From the NCBI GenBank assembly GCA_965644265.1, contig OZ286468.1, positions 98,952,001 to 99,016,000 of the forward strand: a stretch of 64,000 nucleotides of DNA. The letters run 5' to 3'. The notes beneath the pieces are model-generated. The model saw only the letters and a program-made list of their open reading frames with translations. It was not told where the DNA came from and made no database searches. Position 1 is the stretch's first letter, and every line of letters begins with the position of its first letter. Shown here in pieces: positions 22,531-35,351 of the stretch. Both the position numbers and the translations under genes were made by a program. The DNA comes from Glycera tridactyla. Taxonomy: Eukaryota.

Positions 22531-25500
22531 TCATCATCACTGTTATCAAATCCATCCCTCATCGGGGGTCAGAGAATTGATGTGTACCCTTCTGACCAGT
22601 TTTGGCTTGTTATTGACCTTGGCGAGCGGATGCGGATCCAATAAGGGTTTTTGAGCATCCAGGATAATGGCCACTAGCAGAGAAGTGGACCAGTCGCATG
22701 ATGGAGCACTCCAGCCAGGCAATTAACCTCGCATTTGTGGCTTGCAGCTCCATTTCACCTTCTAGATAATGCATCTGTTAATGTCAAGAAGTTTTTGTCA
22801 TCACCTGTCCGATTACTTGTAAGTGCCAGCATCAATCTTCGGAAAAAGACAATGTTGGTCACAATGCCACCCGTGCTGACAATAGATGGATTTCATCACT
22901 TCCTGTAGCCTTGCACTTGGAAACTTTTCACTGTTCATAGTTGATCACACCTGTGTGCTCTTGTATTCTCATATTGGCTTTTGAAATTGCTTTCAGAGAA
23001 AGTGGTGCCTGCTGATGGATCACGAATCTGAAATGGAACTCTATTGTCTGTGATGCAGCCTTTATTGCCATGAAAGAGGAATAGGTCGAGGTCATCCAAG
23101 TTATCTTTTAAAGAAACAGTCCTGCGTCAATTTTTGTACATTTCTCGGAGCAAGACAGACACACTCTCAAAACAGAGTACTGTGAGATATTCATCAGAAG
23201 ACTTATATCTACTCTTCNNNNNNNNNNNNNNNNNNNNNNNNNNNNNNNNNNNNNNNNNNNNNNNNNNNNNNNNNNNNNNNNNNNNNNNNNNNNNNNNNNN
23301 NNNNNNNNNNNNNNNNNNNNNNNNNNNNNNNNNNNNNNNNNNNNNNNNNNNNNNNNNNNNNNNNNNNNNNNNNNNNNNNNNNNNNNNNNNNNAATGATAT
23401 TAGTGATATCATCAACAATAAAAGAGATAATGATAATAGTGATGGAAATGATAATGCTAATTTTCATGAGGATGATGGTAACGAGAATTGTATTCCGTGA
23501 GATGTTTGTGGGTGCCTCACATCGGCTTGTCGGATAAGGATATGCATATTGCATAATGAATTCTATAACAAATACAATAAGTCAAGTCTCTGCTAGAATG
23601 ACTCCAAACAGCATGTTAGTGCTTCGACAATTACCTGATCAGATGGATTATGGCATTATCGGTAGGTCCGATCCGATCAATCGATCATGCAAGTTGACAA
23701 TCCAATGAATAATTGACGATTCTAGTCGTAGGGAAATCACAAATTCTTGCTATAGTATATTTGTTTGCATGAACACAAGATATGTCCTTACAAGGTCATC
23801 TGTAAACTTGTTCATTACAACTCATGAAATAACATTATCAGTATTCAGTGGTCAGTGTTGTTTGCTAATGGCAAGTGTGCCTTATGAGAGATGTCTTTAA
23901 AATAATGCTCACTGTCACACTGAGCCCAAAGATTTGTCTCGAACATCAACGACTTTGAAAAGCCGTGTCCATGAATATATCAAAAATACAAGACTTGAAG
24001 GCCGAAATTACAACAAAAACTTCATCCATACTTGGTGATTGATAAATGGGCAACGATAACACGGGTGAAGTGACATCAGAGAAATTAGTTCCTTGTAAGT
24101 CCAAACCCTGCAGTCTAAATTGAATACAATTAGTCAAGTTTAACTGCGAACACTGCTATACGGCCAGCTCACAGAATTCAAATTGGGAAAGTTTGTTCTA
24201 CTCTATGATGAACAAGATGTACAATCTGCAATTGAACTCAGGCTGGTTTTCATCCGGCATACACGACAGGAAACTAGCGAATATACTAATCGGCATTTCA
24301 CTGGTCATTGACTCGTCCTCATGAAAGTTCACAAGGCTCCATGAGAGCTTCATGAAATGCTTTATATAAAAGCTCCATATTGCATCTAATATTTTTCAAA
24401 CTAGTTGGGCAAGAATGAATGCATTAGTTAATGTATCTCTTTGATTAGATAAACAGATATGTTTTGAGGATTGGATCCCTTGATATATCTGCCCTTAGTC
24501 TCGACTTTTCGTGACCGATCAGGGCCATATTCAGATTTCCAATAATCGTATCAGATCTGCCGTGGGATTGTGTTGCAAAGGCACACGATATTTTGAACCT
24601 GTTCGGAAGTTCACAGTTCATGACTGGTCAACTGGTTGCTACTTTCATTCAAAGCGAGTGTAATGTCATGACCAAACACATTATTAGGTTGATCAGAGTC
24701 CGAGCAAATGTATCCTTTTTCTCGTTGATGATACACTGAGAGTTATTTTCGATAGTAGATTCTCAAAACTCCATATTATTTGGTATTGATTGTCTTCATT
24801 GTTCTGGACCCATCTTTCATCTTCAAATGTATCATATATTTTCGTTTATATTGTTCTATGTTGTCACCTTCACTAATGATTCGCACGAAGTAGTCATTGG
24901 TGTTTGAACTGCATGTATCTTATCAATGTCCACACTTCCCCAGCATCCATTATCATCGTCGGTATAAAAGCAAGAACCCATGGTTTTTGGACTAATCACA
25001 ATATTCAATCGGTGGGTCGGGCATAGGGGAATCTCCGCGTCAGATTTACCCAGTTGAATGTTCGGATAGATCCCAAAACCATGGATTCTTGCCCTGCGAT
25101 ATGATGATTTGAGTGTAGATCTTGTTTGAGTGACTTCATACCATCCGATCCAGTTCCATGGATGTCCCCGAGTAATCCTGAAATATGACTTGCATGAACA
25201 TGAAAAATTGGGGAAAAGGGGCGACGTGAAAAAAAGACGGAATCCTCGAAAATATTGATTGGTTTGACGCACTAAGCCAGGCAGAATGTATCAAAACATG
25301 GTGTCTTCATAATTCGCTACTTTTTTATCGTCGGTCTACAAATTGAAATCATCCACGGAGTGATCTAATTGGTCTGACACTTTCTTTCCGACGAGAGTGA
25401 AGCAAGATGATGTCACATTGAGAGTAACCCTGGCTATCCATTCTGTCAATCAGTCAGGTTGAGTAACACTATCGATATATATATATGCGACATACATCTG

Positions 25501-25560
25501 CAACGAGTTGTCTTTCTGGTTGACGCATATCTGCATTGAATGGCACCAAACGGTATATGC

Positions 25561-26760
25561 TAATAAGTTCACCTGAAGAATCGCTTGCTTGTTTCTCAAC
25601 GAATGAGTTCATCTGAAGAATCACTTGCTGGCTTACCAACTAATGAGACCACCTGAAGAATCACTTGCTGGCTTCCCAACGAATGAGTTCATCTGAAGAA
25701 TCACTTGCTTGTTTCCCAACTAATGAGTTCATCTGTAGAATCGCTTACTTGTTTTCCAACTAATGAGTTCATCTGAAGAATCCCTTGCTGATTTCCCAAC
25801 TAATGAGTTCATCTGAAGGATGGCTTGCTTGTTTCCCAACGAATGAGTTAATCTGAAGAATCACTTACTGGTTTCCCAACTAATGAGTTTATCTGAAGAA
25901 TCACTCGCTTGTTTCCTAACTAATGAGTTCATCTGAAGAATCGCTTGCTGGTTTCCCAACTAATGAGTTTATCCGAATAATCACTTGCTGGCTTCCCAAC
26001 TGATGAGTTCATCCGAAGAATGACTCGCTTGTTTCCCAACTGATGAGTTCATCTGAAGAATGACTCGCTTGTTTCCCAACTAATGAGTTCATCTGAAGAA
26101 TCGTTTGCTGGTTTCCCAACTAATGAGTTTATCCGAATAATCACTTGCTGGCTTCCCAACTGATTAGTTCATCTGAAGAATGACTCGCTTGTTTCCCAAC
26201 TGATGAGTTCATCTGAAGAATCGTTTGCTGGTTTCCCAACTAATGAGTTCATCTGAAGATTCACTTGCTGATTTCCCAACTAATAAGTTCATCTGAAGAA
26301 TCGCTTGCTTGTTTCCCAACTAATGAGTTCATCTGAAGAATCGCTTGCTCGTTTCCCAACTAATGAGTTCATCTGAAGATTCGCTTGCTGGTTTCCCAAC
26401 TAATGAGTTCATCCGAAGAATCACTTGCTGGTTCCCAACTAATGAGTTCATCTGAAGAATCGCTTGCTTGTTTCCCAACTAATGAGTTCATCTGAAGAAT
26501 CCCTTGCTGGTTTCTCAACTAATGAGTTCATCTGAATGATCACTTGCTGGTCTCCTAAGTAATGAGTTTATCTGAGGAATCACTTGCTGGCTTCCCAACT
26601 AATGAGTTCATCTGAAGAATCACTTGCTGGTTTCCAGACTAATGAGTTCATCTTTAGAATCCCTTGCTGGCTTCCCAACTAATGAGTTCATCTGAAGTAT
26701 CACTTGCTGGCTTCCCAACTAATGAGTTCATCTGAAGATTCACTTGCTGGTTTCCTAACT
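25561..26760. repeat. 40-bp minisatellite (aatgagttcatctgaagaatcgcttgctggtttcccaact)n, ~30 units
   Basis: Head-to-tail units with no spacers. Confidence 0.95.
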
Positions 26761-27478
26761 GAGAAAATAGAACAAAATTGGCCCTCCAAAATAGCATTCT
26801 GAGATCAAATTTTCAAATATCTGAACACTTTTGGGTGATCAAACACAGTTTAATCATATCTAGTTTTAGGACATACTGTATGGTACATAAACATTTCAAC
26901 TGGTCCGATCACATCTCAGTGGCAGAGATCTGTGAAAACCTCTCCCTGCCTCAGCTGAACTCTTCGATTTGAAAGCTGGACAAAAGATTTGACCTAGGTG
27001 GTTGATGCTTCCACAACAAACACCAAGGACTGATTCATAAGTCAGTCATTCAAGCCTGTACAGCTCTCGTAATTGAGTAATACGCTTACCATGTGAAGAT
27101 TGTTTGAATATAATCGACTCATGGTTAATCACTGCTGCGGCATTAAACAACTCATCTCTCAATTAGCCAGATGCAAGTCGTTTGTAGCATGTTAACATCA
27201 GAATTATTATTCATGAGCATTCCATCACTACAGTTATTGGGGTGAATTGGATTAGTTTGATGAATTACGCTAATGGTGATCATCAATTTGTGAGATGGAC
27301 ATGTGAAACATGGGGTGTGACGTCAATCGATTGTTGCATATGGATGCTGTTATATTCAAGGTGAAGCATGTGCTGATAATTATCAGCAACCGGAAGGAGG
27401 CCTGTTTTACAGAGAAAGTAGACCACTATTCCTGGAAAAATTCGTCATGTGACATGGTATATTTGTCCCTTCTCATAT

Positions 27479-28257
27479 CGGTGGGATGAATGGGATGTAC
27501 CGCCTGGATCTTCCTACTCCACCTCTGGATAGAGCATAGATATCAATACCACTTATTTTATGAACAGATGCTTCTCCATCTATTGGTGGGATGAATGAGA
27601 TGTACCGTCTTGAGCAGCTAGATCTCCCTACTCCACCTCTGGATAGAGCATAGATATCGATACCACTTATTTCATGGACAGATGCTTCTCCATCTATTGG
27701 TGGGATGAATGGAATGTACTATCTTGAGCAGCTAGATCTTCCTATTCCACCTCTGGATAGAGCATGGATGTCGATACCACTTATTTTATGGACAGATGCT
27801 TATCCATCTATTGGTGGGATGAATGAGATGTACTATCTTGAACAGCTAGATCTCCCTACTCCACCTCTGGATAGAGCATAAATATCGATACCACTTATTT
27901 TATGAACAGATGCTTCTCCATCTATTGGTGGGATGAATGGGATGTACCGTCTTGAGCAGCTAGATCTCCCTACTCCACCTCTGGATAGAGCATAGATATC
28001 GATACCACTTATTTCATGGACAGATGCTTCTCCATCTATTGGTGGGATGAATGGAATGTACTATCTTGATCAGCTAGATCTTCCTATTCCACCTCTGGAT
28101 AGAGCATGGATGTCGATACCACTTATCTTATGGACAGATGCTTCTCCATCTATTGGTGGGATGAATGAGATGTTCCGTCTTGAACAGCTAGATCTTCCCA
28201 CTCCACCTCTGGATAGAGCAGGGATATCAATACCACTTATTTCATGGACAGATGCTC
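27479..28257. repeat. 114-bp tandem repeat, ~7 units
   Basis: tggtgggatgaat recurs at 27584, 27698, 27812, 27926, 28040 and 28154. Confidence 0.95.
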
Positions 28258-31200
28258 ATCCAGTAATGCTGTATAGAGAAGACTCAATGACAGATGACAG
28301 TCTTCGATTCATCGGGCAATGCTTTTGCTATCATTGATGTGTTGATGTGGATTGTATCTCGATTCAAGGTGCTTGACATTGCACAGTGTTCGATATCCGA
28401 CCTGGAGGAAGTCGGCCATGAAGAGATGAAGATGTGATGAAATGGATTATGAAGGTACAGCCAGCATCAAACAATTATGAATGTGTTTATTCATCTCTGA
28501 TCCTCTGTTGGACATTTCCACGATGAACACCCTTCTCTATTTCTTCCCACTGTATGCCTGCCAGTGTGCCTGTCTGCATGTGTGCCTGTTTGCATCTGCA
28601 TCTGTGTATGTGTGTATTTGTGTCTGTGTGTCTGTCTGGGTGTCTGTGTGTCTGTCTGTCTGTTGCGATAAACTTCTATTTAACGTCTCATCACTAGAAC
28701 GAAGTATCTTCACCCCAGCATGACATGATGGATGACCATGATGATATGCTGAATGAGATGAATATACCAATTGGAAGAATATTTTGGTCTTTTATATGAT
28801 TTGGCATATGGGGTAAATATCGATGATGTCAATTTAGAGTAGGCTTTCAGTTTCTGCTGGTCAGACAAATAAATAATGATGTAAGAAATGTGAGTAGAGC
28901 AACTCCATCAGCACTCAGCCTCCACATCCGGTGCCACCCCTAGCAACGCCTGCATCCTGCACTCACTAGGACACTCGGACTCACAACCTAATTACTTCCG
29001 ACAATGATATCTCCAGCCTACAGACCGACTCTAACTAATACTAGTGAAATGAGTCATCTAACGTGACATTTCACTGAGTTTGTGAACATTTGCGCTTGGT
29101 ATTGACAGTGTCCTATGGCTGATTGTGGTTGAGTCTGATGCAGGTCAAAGAATGCCATCAGCATGGCTCGCTCTGAGCCACTCCGCATCTATCAATTGCT
29201 CATTCCAACATGGAATCAAATACTTCCAGGGATTTTCTTTAATATCATGTGCTTTTGAAAAGCATGGCTATCAGGCATCCAGCTCCCAGCCAGTCCCCTA
29301 ACCGATCATTGGTTATTCATTCTTCAGTTACTTCGATGGACATGAAGGTTAATGAGAAGGATGCCTGCATGAGGACTAAGCATCCTGTGCTCCCACATCT
29401 GGAGACATGCATAAAACTAAACTCTGTCAGATCCGAATTTGGCGGGTACGTTTCAGACGCTAACTTCGCCATTTCTCGCCCGATTTCAGTTTCAATGGCA
29501 CAAATGTATCAAGGTGGTCTTCCGACGATTATCGAATCAGGTGTCAGGGTCGCTGTATGCTTTGGAAGAGGATTACGTCATCATTTGATTGCAGTTATTG
29601 GGCGAATCCACAGGCATTATCGCCTGTTCTGCCCTATGAAAACCAACGTAAATATGGCCGCCGCACCTGCCGCGGAACAAGCGTGATATTTTTATTTCTG
29701 GCGTTCTGAGGTGGGATATACATGAGAACTTCGAAGAGATTACATTTGTAGTCGTTGGAGATGTACACGAAGTCCGTCAGACAGCTTCTTTCTAATCGGA
29801 ACTGAATTTGCGATGCTAGGGTGAAAAACGTATCCACCACGACAAAGCTTGGCAAACTTTAGCAGCGCTTTCATATGGCTGCTGTCGTGAAGCCTTCATG
29901 AAATTATATTTCTTGGGGACGAGAAGGATTTCTCCTTCACGTCTCATAATTTCTTTCTCATGGGTTTCATATTCACATGATGCTAAATCCAGCATGTCAT
30001 GCTTATGATGAAGTACTCTCGTTTGAATAGAACAGATCATATGAAATCCATCAATGTATTTTTGTCTGTGTGGAACCTAAATTCGTCCCTTGCAGTGGAA
30101 AATTGAATGTGGCAGTAATCAGATCCGTGTCAATTTCAAAACTAATACTACTTTGAATATGGTGCATCATCTGTGCGACGAGAGATCAAAGAGAGAGATC
30201 AAAGAGAGAGATCAGAGAGAGAGAGAGATCAAAGAGAGCCGTGAGAGTGGGAGATCTGCACTTTTTCCGCATAGGGCATCTTTCATACATCTCATATGTG
30301 ATTATTGAACACAAGGGTCGGCTGCAGTCCTTCCATATGGCGGGTCCCCCGAACTGACCAAAACAAAAATCCATCACCCGGCATTTACTGATATCGCGAA
30401 CCGCAGAGATATCTGTACTTCAAGTGTTGAGGGGAATATCAGTGAGGAGAGAGTCACTTATGATCAACACATACAATTCTAATACTAAAAAGCTGTTAAC
30501 TTCGGTGAATGATACGGATAATCATGTCGCACTAAAATCTTTTATTGTTTCTAGAATTACTCAAAGCGGATAGAGATATAAACGAGAGACATATATGATA
30601 CTCGCATTTCAAACAAGCGATATAAGGCGATCTGGCATTTCAATACTTCTAGCAGAAGCTTCTGATCCTGTCACTGATTCATATGATCCTCTAAAGCAAT
30701 GAAATGATGTATGCTCATAGATAACCGAGGCAGCACTCCAACAATGACGTGCATATTCTTCTGCGTTGCAGTAATGGCAATGAAGTTAAATAAGCACGTC
30801 CCGGGATGATTTGTTCCATATTTTTCAAGGTGTGAAGTCCATATGATATTCAATTTCTGAATCTCCCGGAAAAATAGATAATGATTCGTCGTTTTTCTGA
30901 TAATCCGCCATTCTCTGTAGCCTGCAATAGAAATGGTTACATATTCTTCTCTTTCAGCGTCAATATATGAAATGTGTACAGCAGAACAGCTCAGGTGAGC
31001 ATGGTTGTGAGATCCACATAATTCAGAGAGACATCAAAGGCTTACTTTGCTCTCATTCAGCATCCATACAGTTCTCCCCAATATTTGTTTGTCTGTTTGA
31101 ATTCAATGTCCATTCGAGCACCTTGTGCCATATAGGACTGAAGTACCGGAAGGCTGAAAAAAGAAGCACCCCTATTCGGGATTAATTGTCTGAAATGGTA

Positions 31201-32228
31201 CCTTGTGTGTCTGTGATTTTCATATCATTTCGACTTCCGTTGGGGATCCAGAGGGAGGAGTCTCGGAAGATCCCACCCATGCCCATTGCATCCTTCCATC
31301 CATCCATCAATTTCCCCCCCCCCATCAGGAAGCATGACATTGAGACCTCTTTTTTCACAGCATACGGTGGAGATGCTCAACGCTGGTAAGAATCGTTCTA
31401 TTCCGAGAAACATATTCATCTTTTGCGTTGGCGGTCTGTCGTACACGTTCCCCTGGGAGTTCTGTGACGGGGAATAGATTGGTTTATATAATGCTTCATG
31501 ATTTACATATCAATCAGACTTCATCATGCATGGTCCAGCAGGACATGCACTCTCAGGTACCTCGCCTATCCCGCTTCTATGTGCTCAATACCCTACGTCT
31601 CTTGTGCTTGAAATTATCATTCACTCCATGTCACGGCAAAGCTCATATTGGCATGCTAACTGAATGAACTCTTAGATGATGAAAATATGATATCAGCTTG
31701 ATATCCCCGAACTGATTCGAATAATGATACGAAAGTCTGTCGGGATTTTTGTCACTCCCATGACAGCGAAGCAAGTAGAGATAAGGAAATTATTTATGGT
31801 AGAATATGAGGAATGAGTCCTAACGAGAAAGCACCGCTGGGAAACTGGAAAACATTTGACTATGAGTTGGAGAAAACAGAGTCGAACGATTTGGTTCGCT
31901 CCACAAATGGTGAATGACTAGATCTTTCATGACATGTTGATTTTCAGAAATGCATGGTTCAGGTTGAAAAATCATTTCCCGCGAGTCGCCCACCCCCATG
32001 GGGGTCGAAAAAAGCAAGAGGCAGAGGCTGGGGCTTGTGGAAACTGTGCGAAATATTCTGAGGGGGAGGGGGCTGTTCGGACATGCTCTTGCAACTTCTT
32101 GCATTCTGGCCGTTAGAACCGGTGCCAATGGCAATAGCCGATAAGATCAATCACGGAACGCCAGCCATCTGGGCCAACGTAACTTCTACGATCGTTTGTG
32201 AGTTTTGTACACCAGGATACGATTCATC

Positions 32229-35200
32229 TGTATTGTACCTCTCAACTACAACCTAGTATTGTACTTCTCAACTACGACCTAGTATTGTACCTCTCAACTA
32301 GGACCTAGTATTGTACCTCTCAATTACAACCTAGCATTGTACCTCTCAACTAGGACCTAGTATTGTACCTCTCAACTACGACCTGGCATTGTACCTCTCA
32401 ACTACAACCTAGTATTGTACCTCTCAACTATGGCCTTGTATTGTACCTCTCAACTAGGACCTAGTATTGTACCTCTCAACTAGGACCTAGTATTGTACCT
32501 CTCAACTACAACCTAGTATTGTACCTCTCAACTAGGACCTAGTATTGTACCTCTCAACTAGGACCTAGTATTGTACCTCTCAACTACAACCTAGTATTGT
32601 ACCTCTCAACTAGGACCTAGTATTGTACCTCTCAACTACAACCTAGTATCGTACCTCTCAACTACAACCAAGTATTGTACCTCTCAACTAGGACCTAGTA
32701 TTGTACCTCTCAACTACAACCTAGCATTGTACCTCTCAACTACGGCCTTGTATCGTACCTCTCAACTAGGACCTAGTATTGTACCTCTCAACTACAACCT
32801 AGTATCGTACCTCTCAACTACAACCTAGTATTGTACCTCTCAACTAGGACCTAGTATTGTACCTCTCAACTAGGACCTAGTATTGTACCTCTCAACTACG
32901 ACCTAGTATTGTACCTCTCAACTACGACCCAGTATTGTACCTCTCAACTACAACCCAGTATTGTACCTCTCAACTAGGACCTAGTATTGTACCTCTCAAC
33001 TACAACCTAGTATTGTACCTCTCAACTACAACCTAGTATTGTACCTCTCAACTACGACCTGGCATTGTACCTCTCAACTACAACCTAGTATCGTACCTCT
33101 CAACTACGACCGGGCATTGTACCTCTCAACTACGACCTAGTATCGTACCTCTCAACTAGGACCTAGTATTGTACCTCTCAACTAGGACCTAGTATTGTAC
33201 CTCTCAACTACGACCTGGCATTGTACCTCTCATCTACAACCTAGTATTGTACCTCTCAACTACGACCTAGTATTGTACCTCTCAACTACGACCCAGTATT
33301 GTACCTCTCAACTACAACCCAGTATTGTACCTCTCAACTACAACCTAGTAATGTACCTCTCAACTACGACCTGGCATTGTACCTCTCAACTATGACCTAG
33401 TATTGTACCTCTCAACTACGACCTTGTATCGTACCTCTCAACTACGACCTGGTATTGTACCTCTCAACTACGACCTAGTATTGTACCTCTCAACTACGAC
33501 CTAGAATTGTACCTCTCAACTACGACCTAGTATTGTACCTCTCAACTACGACCTAGTATTGTACCTTTCAACTTCGACCTAGTATAGTACCTCTCAACTA
33601 CGACCTTGTATCATACCTCTCAAGTACGACCTAGTATTGTACCTCTCAACTACGACCTATTATTGTACCTCCCAACTACATCCTAGTATTGTACCTCTCA
33701 ACTACGACCTTGTATCATACCTCTCAAGTACGACCTAGTATTGTACCTCTCAACTACGACCTATTATTGTACCTCCCAACTACATCCTAGTATTGTACCT
33801 CTCAACTACGACCTAGTATTGTACCTCTCAACTACGACCTAGTATTGTACCTCTCAACTATGACCTCGTATTGTACCTCTCAACTACGACCTTGTATCGT
33901 ACCTCTCAACTACGACCTAGTATTGTACCTCTCAACTACGACCTTGTATCGTACCTCTCAACTACAACCTAGTATTGTACCTCTCAACTACGACCTAGAA
34001 TTGTACCTCTCAACTACGACCTAGTATTGTACCTCTCAACTACGACCTAGTATTGTACCTTTCAACTTCGACCTAGTATAGTACCTCTCAACTACGACCT
34101 TGTATCATACCTCTCAAGTACGACCTAGTATTGTACCTCTCAACTACGACCTATTATTGTACCTCCCAACTACATCCTAGTATTGTACCTCTCAACTACG
34201 ACCTTGTATCATACCTCTCAAGTACGACCTAGTATTGTACCTCTCAACTACGACCTATTATTGTACCTCCCAACTACATCCTAGTATTGTACCTCTCAAC
34301 CACGACCTAGTATTGTACCTCTCAACTACGACCTAGTATTGTACCTCTCAACTATGACCTCGTATTGTACCTCTCAACTACGACCTTGTATCGTACCTCT
34401 CAACTACGACCTAGTATTGTACCTCTCAACTACGACCTTGTATCGTACCTCTCAACTACGACCTGGTATTGTACCTCTCAACTACGACCTAGAATTGTAC
34501 CTCTCAACTACGACCTAGTATTGTACCTCTCAACTACGACCTAGTATTGTACTTTTCAACTTCGACCTAGTATAGTACCTCTCAAGTACGACCTTGTATC
34601 ATACCTCTCAAGTACGACCTAGTATTGTACCTCTCAACTACGACCTATTATTGTACCTCTCAACTACATCCTAGTATTGTACCTCTCAACTACGACCTTT
34701 TATCTTACCTGTCAACTACAACCTAGTATTGTACCTCTCAACTACAACCTTGTATCGTACCTCTCAACTAAGACCAAGTATTATACCTCTCAACTTTGAC
34801 CTAGTATTGTACCTGTCAACTACGACCTAGTATTGTACCTCTCAACTACGACTCGGTATTGCACCTCTCAACTACTACCTAGTATTCTGCCTCTCAACTA
34901 TGACCTAGTATTGTACCTCTCAACTACGACATAGTTATCTTACATGTCAACCACAACCTAGTATCATACCTTTTCAACTACGACCTAGTATTGTACCTCT
35001 CGACTACGATCTAGTTTTGTACTTTTTACCTACGACCTAGTATTGTTCCTCCCAACTATGACCTAGTATTGTACCTCTCAACTACAACCTAGTATTGTAC
35101 TTCTCGACTACAACCTAGTATTGTACCTCTCAACTACAACCTAGTATTGTACCTCTCAACCACAACCTAGTATCGTACCTCTCAACTAGGACCTAGTATT

Positions 35201-35351
35201 GTACCTCTCAACTAGGACCTAGTATTGTACCTCTCAACTACGACCTGGCATTGTACCTCTCATCTACAACCTAGTATTGTACCTCTCAACTACGACCTAG
35301 TATTGTACCTCTCAACTACAACCCAGTATTGTACCTCTCAACTAGGACCTG
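32229..35351. repeat. 26-bp minisatellite (ctagtattgtacctctcaactacgac)n, ~120 units
   Basis: Read directly. Confidence 0.97.

Noticed and set aside
21312-22644. Long ORFs made of [16 protein letters not shown] or STMHFTFI repeats (also at 4118-4797 and 12801-13504)
   Set aside because: They are translations of a 24-bp minisatellite that is stop-free in several frames on both strands. YEGEV resembles MORN, but the period is 8 aa rather than about 23, and there is no unique domain.
25561-26760. CRISPR-like appearance of the 40-bp array (contains the ATGA-GT-TCAT palindrome)
   Set aside because: Units are head-to-tail with no unique spacers, there are no cas genes, and the context is eukaryotic.
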